DNA of 64,000 nucleotides from a bacterium (lineage in GTDB: Bacteria > Desulfobacterota > DSWW01). A program made the translations under genes and the position numbers. Of this stretch, positions 52,222 to 60,831 are shown one piece after another. Numbering within the stretch: the stretch's first letter is position 1; each line of letters opens with the position of its first letter. Below the pieces are notes generated by a model, which was not told where the DNA came from, did no database searches, and saw only the letters and a list, made by a program, of their open reading frames with translations. The stretch covers positions 73,125 to 137,124 of the forward strand of contig JBFLZG010000114.1 in NCBI GenBank assembly GCA_040756235.1, read 5' to 3'.

Positions 52222-53793
52222 ATGAAAGCTGCTCTCGAAACCAGCCGCGAGTTGTTCCAGCAGGTTCCGGAGGATGCCTCCCAGGCCGATGCGGAACGCC
52301 TGTTCGCGCAAATCAACCGTGCGCACCGCCCGCACGTGCTCGCGCTGGACCCGCGGGAGGCGGCCCTCTTCCTGCCGCATTGCCTGAAGAGCCGCGACTG
52401 CGTCGGAACGAACGGCGAGGAGGGGCTGCGCTGCGCCCGCTGCGGACGCTGCGCCGTCGCCGGGCTGCTGGAGGAAGCGGAGGCGACCGGGGTGCAGGCG
52501 TTCTGCGTTCCGGGCGGGAGCCTGGTGGCGAAGCTCGTCGAAAAACACCGGCCCAGAGCCCTGATCGGGGTCGCCTGCCAGAAGGAAATCCTGCTGGCGC
52601 TCAAATTGCTGCACAACCGAGGGGTCCTCTTCCAGGTGTTTCCCCTGGACCGGGACGGGTGCTTCGAGACCGCGCTCGATGCGTCTCCGCTGCGCGACCT
52701 GTTAACCGACTGGAGAGAACGGCAGAAGAGTGGAGGAATGGAAAAGATGCAAGAAGAGCTTCTGGGGCCTGCCTGCGACGAACCGATCCCGGAGCGCTAC
52801 GACGACAGGCTCCTGTCACGCCTGTGCGGAGAGACCGCCTACGCCTACGACACCGTCGGCCCCACCCGCGCCATCGCCGAGCCGGTCCGGGACTTTCTCG
52901 CCAGGGGCGGCAAGGGCCTGCGGTCCCGACTGTTCGGCATCGTCCTGGAGGCCTTCGGCAAAGACGAGAACGAATACCAGGACCTCATGCAGATCGTGGA
53001 ATTGAGCCACAACGGCACGCTCATCATCGACGACATCGAGGACGGAAGCTCGCACCGGCGGGGCAAGCCCTGCATCCATCACATCTACGGGACCGACGTG
53101 GCGATGAACGCCGGCAACGCCCTCTACTTCCTGTCCTTGCTCCCGCTGCTGCGGCGCCAGGGACAGCTTCCGGAGGAACGGCGGAGCCAGATCTTTGAGA
53201 TCTACGTGCAGGGGATGATCCGGCTCCACTTCGGCCAGAGCATGGACATCGCCTGGCACAAGGGGCTCCTCGCCCTGGAGAAGATCACGGAAGAGAACTA
53301 CCTCCAGATGTGCGGCCTCAAGACCGGGGCGCTCTATCAGATGAGCGCCGAGATGGCGGGCGTTCTGGCGGAGGCGGAGCCGGCAGCCGTCCAGGAGCTG
53401 GGCCGGTTCGGGTCCGCCATCGGCACCGCCTACCAGATCCAGGACGATGTCCTGGATCTGCAAGGCGAGAGGTTCGCCGCCGGCAAGGGCGGGTCGGGCA
53501 AGGACATCACGGAAGGCAAGGTGACCCTGCTGGTGATCCATGCCCTGCGCCGCGGCGGTGCGCAGGACCGGGAACGGCTGAAGGAGATCCTCGCGCTGCA
53601 CACGACGGATCCGGCCCTCATTCAGGAGGGCATCTCGATCCTCACGGACTGCGGGTCGATCGAGTTCGCCTCCGGGAGGGCGCGGCAGATCCTGGACGAG
53701 GCCTGTGACCGGGTGCGCCCCTTCCTGCCGGAGGCGCCGTTCGAGTCCAGGCTCAGGCCGTTCGTGTGCTCCTTCCTGACTCGAGACCTGTAG
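52222..53793 (+). CDS. DUF116 - polyprenyl (GGPP-type) diphosphate synthase fusion
   Basis: N-terminal Cys-rich LPHCL...CARCGRC...GGS...GVAC; C-terminal GGKGLR, HNGTLIIDDIED...RRG, GQSMD, KTG, YQIQDDVLD, DITEGK. Confidence 0.88.
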   Translation: MKAALETSRELFQQVPEDASQADAERLFAQINRAHRPHVLALDPREAALFLPHCLKSRDCVGTNGEEGLRCARCGRCAVAGLLEEAEATGVQAFCVPGGSLVAKLVEKHRPRALIGVACQKEILLALKLLHNRGVLFQVFPLDRDGCFETALDASPLRDLLTDWRERQKSGGMEKMQEELLGPACDEPIPERYDDRLLSRLCGETAYAYDTVGPTRAIAEPVRDFLARGGKGLRSRLFGIVLEAFGKDENEYQDLMQIVELSHNGTLIIDDIEDGSSHRRGKPCIHHIYGTDVAMNAGNALYFLSLLPLLRRQGQLPEERRSQIFEIYVQGMIRLHFGQSMDIAWHKGLLALEKITEENYLQMCGLKTGALYQMSAEMAGVLAEAEPAAVQELGRFGSAIGTAYQIQDDVLDLQGERFAAGKGGSGKDITEGKVTLLVIHALRRGGAQDRERLKEILALHTTDPALIQEGISILTDCGSIEFASGRARQILDEACDRVRPFLPEAPFESRLRPFVCSFLTRDL

Positions 53794-53839
53794 CGGCTGT
53801 CCCAAAACCATCACCTGCGGAGCCTGTTGCGAGCGACCG

Positions 53840-53867
53840 GCAGGGGCGAAAAATTTTTCGCCCCTGC
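53840..53867. repeat. perfect 28-bp palindrome (REP-like)
   Basis: GCAGGGGCGAAAAATTTTTCGCCCCTGC, same core as 3797-3826; a MITE-end remnant lies upstream at 53791-53808. Confidence 0.75.
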
Positions 53868-53962
53868 AGCGCCGGGCATCCGGACGTCCGAACAGCTTCC
53901 GCGCGCCAGATTCTTGCACCGCTTCCCCATACCGGGCTGCACCTTGCACGGGAGTTGCCAAC

Positions 53963-55183
53963 ATGGATGTCGGCGTCAGTGATATGGCCATCTACATTCC
54001 GCCTCTGTTCCTCGCTCACAAGCAGCTGGCCGAGGCCAGAGGGGTGCCATGGGAGAAATACGGCCACGGCCTGGGAAACGAGGGGATGGCGATCCTGCCC
54101 AACTGGGAGGACGCCGTCACCATGGCGGCCAACGCGGCCGCGCAACTCCTGGAGAAGACCGCCACGGACCCGGGCGAAGTCGGCCAGCTCGTCGTCAGCA
54201 CGGAGAGCGGTGTGGATCACTCCAAGCCGGTGGCGAGCTTCGTCCAGGGTTTGCTCGGGATCGGCTCGCGCTGCCGCGTCTACGAGATCAAGCACGCCTG
54301 CTACGGCGGGACCGCGGGCCTGGTCCATTCTCTCGACTGGATGGCCCGCCGCAACGGCGCGGCCCAGAAGGCCCTGGTCATCATGACCGACGTGGCGCGC
54401 TACGCGTTTTCATCTCCGGGCGAACCCACCCAGGGGGCGGGAGCGGTCGCCTTGCTGGTGGAGGGGCATCCGCGCCTGTTCTGCCTGGACACCTCCCTGA
54501 ACGGCATCTTCTCCCGGGACGTGTACGATTTCTGGCGCCCCACCGGGCACCGCGTGCCGATCGTGGACGGCAAGTACTCCATCGCGTGCTATCTCACGGC
54601 CCTGGAGGCCGCCGCATCCCACCTCCGGTCGAACATGCGGATCCGAAGAGGCGAGCTGCTCGAATCCCTGGACTACATCGTGTACCACATGCCGTTCACC
54701 CACATGGCGAGAAAGGCGCACCGCAGGCTGGTGGAGATCGAATACGCCGAGCGCGATGCGGAGACGCGGGAGAGGATCTTTGTGGAGACCTTCCGGGACA
54801 AGGTCGCGCCCTCCCTGCTCGGGGCCAGGGAGGTGGGCAACATCTACACCGGCTCCGTATACATGGGGCTCATGAGTCTCCTCGTCACGGCCGGGAAGCG
54901 GATGGAAGGGAGCCGGGTGGGCCTGTTCAGCTACGGCAGCGGATGCGGGGCCGAGTTCATGGTGTGCGAAGTGAACCGGGGAATCGGCGCGATCCTGGAT
55001 GGCCTGGGCTTCGCGGAGCAGCTCGCCAGGAGGAAGCGCGTCACCTTCGAGCAGTACGTGCAGATCTACTCCAAGAGCTCGGAGGAGATCTTGTACCACC
55101 CGGGCGAGACCGAGGCGTTCAAGGACCGCTTCACCCGGTTCGTCTTCACCGGCTTCAAGGACCACAAACGGCAGTACGCGTGA
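53963..55183 (+). CDS. mvaS: hydroxymethylglutaryl-CoA synthase
   Basis: EDAVTMAANAA, TESGVDHSK (Glu), KHACYGGT (Cys), GEPTQGAGAVA, YHMPF (His), VGNIYTGS, FSYGSG. Confidence 0.9.
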   Translation: MDVGVSDMAIYIPPLFLAHKQLAEARGVPWEKYGHGLGNEGMAILPNWEDAVTMAANAAAQLLEKTATDPGEVGQLVVSTESGVDHSKPVASFVQGLLGIGSRCRVYEIKHACYGGTAGLVHSLDWMARRNGAAQKALVIMTDVARYAFSSPGEPTQGAGAVALLVEGHPRLFCLDTSLNGIFSRDVYDFWRPTGHRVPIVDGKYSIACYLTALEAAASHLRSNMRIRRGELLESLDYIVYHMPFTHMARKAHRRLVEIEYAERDAETRERIFVETFRDKVAPSLLGAREVGNIYTGSVYMGLMSLLVTAGKRMEGSRVGLFSYGSGCGAEFMVCEVNRGIGAILDGLGFAEQLARRKRVTFEQYVQIYSKSSEEILYHPGETEAFKDRFTRFVFTGFKDHKRQYA

Positions 55184-55209
55184 GGTCGCCGCAACACCCC
55201 CAGCCTGGT

Positions 55210-55257
55210 TTGACTTGGCCGGTGCAGAGCGCGTATAGTGCGGGTAAAATAACCGCA
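55210..55257 (+). promoter_or_regulatory. sigma70 promoter plus second copy of the 19-bp operator
   Basis: TTGACT-N18-TATAGT, overlapped at its last T by TGCGGGTAAAATAACCGCA (55239-55257). Confidence 0.7.
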
Positions 55258-55287
55258 CCCCTCATCAACGACCGCGCGGAGGGGCCC

Positions 55288-56538
55288 ATGCGCGCCACGA
55301 CGCCTGCGGAGCAGTGCAGAAATCTCTACCGGTTCACCCGGCTCGTGCTGGGCGAGGAGGTCTCCGACCGCGAGATCGCCCGCCGCTGGGGGATGGACGA
55401 GAAGAACCTGCGGGAGCTGAAGGGAGGGCTGCATGTGGTGCCGAAGCTCGCCCGCCTGGAAAGGCTGGCAGAGGTGCTCGGCATCCACAAGTACTTCGTT
55501 CTCGAGGCCGCCTCGGGCATGTCGGCCGACCGGCTCTACGCGGTTCTCATGAGCGGCGAGCTGGAGGAAGAGCTGCGGGTGATCGACGGCGCCCTGGCCG
55601 GCGCCAAGTCCCGGGAGAGCGAGCGCCAGCGGGTCCTGGCGGCTCTCCAGGCGGCGGTGTTTCTCGCCTACCGGACGCTGGAACCGGAAGATCTCTTTCC
55701 GCGCGTTTCTCGGGAGCTGAAGAAGTTCGACTTCGAATCGCACATCTTCTTTCTCGACCAGGAGAGCGGCAGCGCGACGATACGCCACTCCTCCTTCCAC
55801 CCGAAGCTGCTGCACGCGGCCGAAGCCATGACCGGCCTTTCTCTGGGACAGTTCCGCTTCCCCCTGGAGCGCGTTCCTTCCTTCCGCGCGCTCATCGAAG
55901 CCAAGCGGCCGGTCTACCTCCCGGACGCGTCGGTGCTGCTCTACCAGATCCTGGGCGAGCGGCGCCTGCGCAAGTTCATCGAGCGGATGCAGCGGATCTT
56001 CCGCATCCTCGAGGTGGTCCTGGTCCCCATCACCGTGCGCGGGGAAGTGACCGGGGTCCTGGCCACGGGCAAAGGGGGCAGCCTCAGCGACGCGTACCTG
56101 CCGGAAATGTCCTTCTTCTCCGAGCAGCTTTCCTACTCCCTCGAGAACGCCATGGTCTTCAAACAGGTGAAGGAATCGGAAGGCCGCCTGAGAACGCTCT
56201 TCGACAACCTGCCGGAAGGGGTTTTCGAGTGCGACGGGAGCGGCCGCATCGTGCAGATCAACCCTACGGGCGCGGATATTCTGGGATTCCCCGATCCCGG
56301 CGGGCCCATCGGCCTGTCCATCCAGAGATTTCACCTCCTGACCCCGAACGCGAGGGTGGTTCGCAAGCAGGTGCGGAAGTCGCGCGAAGCGATGATCCAG
56401 AACTTCGTGGGGGTCTCCGTGCGCAAGGACGGAAGCCCCTTTCTGGCCGACGTCACCGTTCGCACCCGGCAGGACCGGAGCGGAGCGGTCCTTTCCACGG
56501 AAGGGGTGTTCCGCGACATCAGCCAGAAGGGGATCTGA
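55288..56538 (+). CDS. putative one-component regulator: XRE-like HTH + GAF + PAS
   Basis: SDREIARRWGMDEKNLRELK...PKLARLERLAEVLG (HTH), LVPITVRGEVTGVL (GAF), FDNLPEGVF...RKDGSPF...GVFRDIS (PAS/PAC); ATG 55288 after GGAGG. Confidence 0.75.
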   Translation: MRATTPAEQCRNLYRFTRLVLGEEVSDREIARRWGMDEKNLRELKGGLHVVPKLARLERLAEVLGIHKYFVLEAASGMSADRLYAVLMSGELEEELRVIDGALAGAKSRESERQRVLAALQAAVFLAYRTLEPEDLFPRVSRELKKFDFESHIFFLDQESGSATIRHSSFHPKLLHAAEAMTGLSLGQFRFPLERVPSFRALIEAKRPVYLPDASVLLYQILGERRLRKFIERMQRIFRILEVVLVPITVRGEVTGVLATGKGGSLSDAYLPEMSFFSEQLSYSLENAMVFKQVKESEGRLRTLFDNLPEGVFECDGSGRIVQINPTGADILGFPDPGGPIGLSIQRFHLLTPNARVVRKQVRKSREAMIQNFVGVSVRKDGSPFLADVTVRTRQDRSGAVLSTEGVFRDISQKGI

Positions 56539-56565
56539 AATCCCGAGAGGTAGAGAGGTGTCCCG

Positions 56566-58563
56566 ATGAGCGGAGCGGTTTCACCCGACAGTTTCGAGTG
56601 CTGGCAAGGGACCACGTACGGTTACGCGACCTTTCCGGCTCCGGAGCCGAGGAGCCCCCGTCCGTCCGCGGGCCGGGGCCGGGTCGATCGGGCCGTGGAG
56701 CGGTCCCGCCAGTACCTGCTCGGCCTGCAGAACGCCGAGGACGGATACTGGGTCGGCGAGGTGGAGGCCAACTCCACCCTGACCTCGGAGTACGTCTTCT
56801 TCATGCATTTCATGGAGACGGTGGACGATCTGCGGCAGAGAAAGATGGTGCACTACCTCAAGGAGACCCAGCTTCCCGACGGCAGCTGGAACATCTTCTT
56901 CGGGGGCCCCGGCGATCTTTCGACCACGCTGGAGGCCTATGCGGCCATGCGGCTGGCCGGTGAGGACCCGAACGAAAGGGCCATGAAGCTCGCCAGAGAT
57001 TTCATCCTGGGGAACGGCGGGATCGAGAAGTCCCGGGTGTTCACCAAGATCTTTCTCGCCATTCTCGGCGTGCGCCCCTGGACGCAGTGTCCGGCCCTGT
57101 CCCCTGAGATTCTCCTCCTGCCCGTGGGGTTCCCGCTGAGCATCTACGAAATGTCCTCGTGGGCCCGTTCCACCGTGGTGCCGCTGCTCGTTCTGTGGGA
57201 CCACAAGCCCACCATCCGCCCGCCCCGACACTTCACTCTCGATGAGCTCCGCGGCGAACGGCCGGGGCTGCCGAAATTCGATGAGAACGGCAACGGTGCG
57301 GCGGCGCTGGACGGATGGGGGAAATTCTTCGTCTTCTCCGACGGTGTCCTGAAGCTCTATGACAGAAAGCCCATCCCCTGGTTGAGGCGCAAGGCCCTGC
57401 GCCTGGCCGAGCAGTGGATCCTGGAAAGGCAGGACCCGACCGGCGAATGGGGGGGAATCATGCCGGCCATGATGAACAGCGTCATGGCGCTCAAGTGCCT
57501 GGGTTATCCCCTCACCCATCCGGCGGTGCGCAAGGGGCTGGAAGCGATCCATCGGTTCGCCATCGAAGACGCAAAGACCCTCAGGCTCCAGTCCTGCGTC
57601 TCTCCGGTCTGGGACACGGCCAACACCTGTCTCGCCCTGCTGGAGAGCGGCCTGCCCGGCAGCCATCCGGCGATCCGGAAGGCGGCGGACTGGCTCTGGT
57701 CGAAGCAGACCAAGGAGAAAGGAGACTGGGCCATCAAGAACACCCGGGGGAAGCCGGGCGGCTGGTCGTTCGAATTCGAGAACCACTTCTATCCGGACAC
57801 GGACGACACGCTGGCCGTGCTGACCGTGCTCAACCAGACCTGTTCGAAGAGCGAGCAGGCAGAGGCCTGGCACCTCGGACTCCAGTGGCTCCTCTCCATG
57901 CAGTCGAAGAACGGCGGCTGGGGCGCCTTCGATGTGGACAACGTGCAGGAGCTCTGGAACCGGATCCCTTTTGCGGACCACAAGTCCATGCTCGACGCGC
58001 CGACCGCCGATCTCACCGGCAGGGTCCTGGAGTTCCTGGGCAGGATGAATTACCGGAGCGACTTGCCGGCGGTCGCCCGGGGCATCCGGTTCGTGGAGGC
58101 GCGCCAGGAGCCCGACGGCTCCTGGTTCGGCCGCTGGGGCATCAACTATCTCTACGGCACCTGGTGCGCCCTCTGCGGGCTCCAGGCCGTCGGCTACGAC
58201 ATGAACACTCCCAGGGTGCGCCGCGCCGTGGACTGGCTCCTGTCCTGCCAGAATCCGGACGGCGGGTGGGGCGAGTCCTGCCTGTCCTATGACGACCTCC
58301 GCTTCAAGGCCAAGGGCAGGAGCACGCCGTCCCAGACCTCGTGGGCCCTCATGGGCCTTACGGCCGCGGGGGAGGCCGGCTCCGAGGCCGCGCAGCGCGC
58401 GGTCGACTACCTGCTCGCGAAGCAGAACGGCGAGGGCTCCTGGGACGAGCAGGAGTTCACCGGGACCGGGTTCCCCAGGTTCTTCTATCTGCGCTACCAC
58501 ATGTACCGGGACTACTTTCCGCTGCTGGCCCTGTCCCGCTACCTGCAGGCACGAGAATCATGA
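56566..58563 (+). CDS. shc: squalene-hopene cyclase
   Basis: DTDD catalytic motif (YPDTDDT), multiple QW repeats, SRVFTK, SPVWDT, FTGTGFPRFFYLRYHMYRDYFPL. Confidence 0.96.
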   Translation: MSGAVSPDSFECWQGTTYGYATFPAPEPRSPRPSAGRGRVDRAVERSRQYLLGLQNAEDGYWVGEVEANSTLTSEYVFFMHFMETVDDLRQRKMVHYLKETQLPDGSWNIFFGGPGDLSTTLEAYAAMRLAGEDPNERAMKLARDFILGNGGIEKSRVFTKIFLAILGVRPWTQCPALSPEILLLPVGFPLSIYEMSSWARSTVVPLLVLWDHKPTIRPPRHFTLDELRGERPGLPKFDENGNGAAALDGWGKFFVFSDGVLKLYDRKPIPWLRRKALRLAEQWILERQDPTGEWGGIMPAMMNSVMALKCLGYPLTHPAVRKGLEAIHRFAIEDAKTLRLQSCVSPVWDTANTCLALLESGLPGSHPAIRKAADWLWSKQTKEKGDWAIKNTRGKPGGWSFEFENHFYPDTDDTLAVLTVLNQTCSKSEQAEAWHLGLQWLLSMQSKNGGWGAFDVDNVQELWNRIPFADHKSMLDAPTADLTGRVLEFLGRMNYRSDLPAVARGIRFVEARQEPDGSWFGRWGINYLYGTWCALCGLQAVGYDMNTPRVRRAVDWLLSCQNPDGGWGESCLSYDDLRFKAKGRSTPSQTSWALMGLTAAGEAGSEAAQRAVDYLLAKQNGEGSWDEQEFTGTGFPRFFYLRYHMYRDYFPLLALSRYLQARES

Positions 58564-59558
58564 AGTTCCCGCTGAAGCTGAACCTCTCCATGGGCCTCTA
58601 CCTGGCGCGCAAGGCGATGCAGGGGGAAGCGCGCTTTCCCCTGGTCCTCATGCTGGAGCTGCTGCACGCCTGCAACCTGTCCTGCCGGGGGTGCGGCAGG
58701 ATCCGTGAGTATCGCGCGACCCTGGACCAGCGGCTCGGGTTCGAGGAGAGCCTGGAGGCGGCGCGCGTTTGCGGAGCGCCCGTGGTGAGCGTCAGCGGCG
58801 GAGAGCCGCTGCTCCATCCGGAGATCGACGGGATCATCGAGGAGCTGTGCCGCATGGGGCGGCACGTCTACCTGTGCACGAACGGGTTGAAGCTCGCGGA
58901 ATTCGTGGACCGGAACGAGCCCTGGCCCAACCTCTTCCTCAACGTCCACCTGGACGGGATGGAGGAGCTCCACGATACGCTGGCGGGCCGGCAGGGCGTC
59001 TTTCGTGCCGCCGCCGACGCGATCTGGTCGGCCAAACGCAGAGGCTTCACCGTCACCACCAACACGACCGTCTACAAGGGGACCGGGGAGCCGGAGCTGG
59101 GCAGCCTGTTCGGATACCTCCATTCCCTGGGGGTGGACGGGTTCTTCGTCTCTCCCGGCTTCCACTACGGAACGCTCAACGGGGAGGACTTTCTGGGGAA
59201 GGAGGAAGTGTTCGAGAAGTTCCGCTCCCTGGCGCCCCTGATGAAGCGGTTCCGCTTTCTCTCGACCCCCCTGTACATCGATTTCCTGTGCGGCAGAAAG
59301 CAGTACAGCTGCGCCCCCTGGGGCACCGTGACACGCAACCCGGTGGGCTGGAAGGCGCCCTGTTACCTGATCACGGACACCCATTACCCCGACTACCGGA
59401 CCTGGCTCGGATCGGTCGACTGGGAGTATTACCGCTCCGGTCGGGATCCGCGGTGCAGCCAGTGCATGATGCACTCGGGGTTCGAGCCCGCTGCCGTGCT
59501 GGCCCTCGGGGAGAGCAAGCGGGACCTGTGGAAGATGATCGCCTGGAACCTTTTCTGA
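58560..59558 (+). CDS. hpnH: adenosyl-hopene transferase, radical SAM
   Basis: RFPLVLMLE, CNLSCRGCGRI, SGGEPLLH, CAPWGTVTRNPVGWKAPCYL, CSQCMMHSGFEP; ATGA overlap with shc. Confidence 0.92.
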   Translation: MKFPLKLNLSMGLYLARKAMQGEARFPLVLMLELLHACNLSCRGCGRIREYRATLDQRLGFEESLEAARVCGAPVVSVSGGEPLLHPEIDGIIEELCRMGRHVYLCTNGLKLAEFVDRNEPWPNLFLNVHLDGMEELHDTLAGRQGVFRAAADAIWSAKRRGFTVTTNTTVYKGTGEPELGSLFGYLHSLGVDGFFVSPGFHYGTLNGEDFLGKEEVFEKFRSLAPLMKRFRFLSTPLYIDFLCGRKQYSCAPWGTVTRNPVGWKAPCYLITDTHYPDYRTWLGSVDWEYYRSGRDPRCSQCMMHSGFEPAAVLALGESKRDLWKMIAWNLF

Positions 59559-59580
59559 GCCGAGGGCACGGGGTGAACAG

Positions 59581-60423
59581 GTGGAAACGATCTCCTTGCT
59601 CGCCGGCACCGTGCTGCTGCGCCCCTACGTTTTCGCCTTCCTCGCTCTGTACCTGCTCCTCGGCTGGTGGCAGATCGGATGGAGGCGAATCTTCGCCTGG
59701 ACCCTGACCGGCTACGGCCTGGCCTTTGCCGCCGAGTACGGCTCCATCCACTGGGGGATCCCGTTCGGCGACTACTTCTACATCGAGACGACCCGCGGGC
59801 AGGAGCTGTGGATCGCCGGGGTCCCGTTCATGGACTCCCTCTCGTTCACGTTCCTCACATTCACCGGGTTCAGCTGCGCGTGGCCGCTGGCGGCGGCCTT
59901 CCGTGCACGAGGCTGGCCGCCCGCCCTGGACAGCGCGCGCTACGAGGAGATCCGCAGGTCTCCGGCGGTGCTCGTGGCGGGCGCCTTCATTACGACGCTC
60001 ATGGACGTGGTGATCGATCCGGTGTCCCTGATGGGCGACCGCTGGTTTCTCGGCCAGATCTACGGCTATCGACACCAGGGCGCCTACTTCGGGGTGCCGG
60101 CCGCAAACTTCATCGGCTGGGCCGTCGTCTCGGCGGCCATCATCGGGGTGAACCAGCTGGCCGATTCCCGGCTGCCGAAGGAGATGGCGCGGGCGCTCCG
60201 CACGCCTTACGCTCTCCTGCATCTGGGCGGATTCGCCTTGTTTCTTTTCATCGTCGGGTTTAATCTTGCGGTCACCCTCTGGCTGAAGGCGCACCTGCTC
60301 TTTTGTACGAGCCTCTCCCTGGTGGCCGGCTTCCTCCTGCTCGCCGCCTGGATTTTCGCCGGCGGCCGCGGGAAGGAGCGCACTCTCTCGAGAGAAAAAG
60401 GAAGGAAAGAATGGGCATCGTGA
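59581..60423 (+). CDS. DUF422/CruF-like membrane protein ('carotenoid biosynthesis protein')
   Basis: AEYGSIHWGIPFGDYFY, GVP, DVVIDPV, YFGVPAANFIGW; multiple TM segments; GTG start. Confidence 0.78.
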   Translation: METISLLAGTVLLRPYVFAFLALYLLLGWWQIGWRRIFAWTLTGYGLAFAAEYGSIHWGIPFGDYFYIETTRGQELWIAGVPFMDSLSFTFLTFTGFSCAWPLAAAFRARGWPPALDSARYEEIRRSPAVLVAGAFITTLMDVVIDPVSLMGDRWFLGQIYGYRHQGAYFGVPAANFIGWAVVSAAIIGVNQLADSRLPKEMARALRTPYALLHLGGFALFLFIVGFNLAVTLWLKAHLLFCTSLSLVAGFLLLAAWIFAGGRGKERTLSREKGRKEWAS

Positions 60424-60644
60424 CGGCCACGAGCCGCTTCTGCTACATTCAATGTGACCGGGCGAGCTGCAGCAGAAAGATCTACCAGCACCACGAAGCG
60501 GTGCTGCGGGAGCTGGCGAGGCTCACCGGATGGCAAGACCGGGACGGCTCGTGGCTGTGTCCGGCCTGCGTCGCTAAGTCGGCGGACCGCAGCGAGCGGC
60601 AGAAGCCTCCGATCAGAGCCAGGAGAAAGGCTTCGGGCCGGTAG
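60411..60644 (+). CDS. small putative zinc-binding protein
   Basis: 77 aa with CDRASC ... GW ... WLCPAC; AGGAAGGA upstream; overlaps the previous stop. Confidence 0.5.
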   Translation: MGIVTATSRFCYIQCDRASCSRKIYQHHEAVLRELARLTGWQDRDGSWLCPACVAKSADRSERQKPPIRARRKASGR

Positions 60645-60700
60645 GCCCCCTGCCCGCGCCGGCTCCTCCTCGACATTTCGTCATCCCGGGCCCGATTCTT

Positions 60701-60727
60701 GTAGGGGCGACCGGCCGGGCGCCCCAG
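60701..60727. repeat. degenerate GTAG-type REP
   Basis: GTAGGGGCGACCGGCCGGGCGCCCC, an imperfect palindrome resembling 1726-1753. Confidence 0.5.
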
Positions 60728-60831
60728 CGGGCGCGCCCCGACCCGGGGTGGCGATCAACAACTGTATGGTATACGCATGCTGGCGCCCTCTGGGATCTGA
60801 TCGTGTTCACGGGAATAACGCCGGAGAAGAA

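Noticed and set aside
53963..55183. HMG-CoA synthase as a PKS beta-branching enzyme
   Set aside because: No enoyl-CoA hydratases, donor ACP or decarboxylating KS nearby, and the gene follows a prenyl synthase. Not formally excluded.
54049..55287. 829-aa version of the HTH-GAF-PAS ORF
   Set aside because: The extension is an alternative frame of mvaS; promoter, RBS and ATG support a start at 55288.
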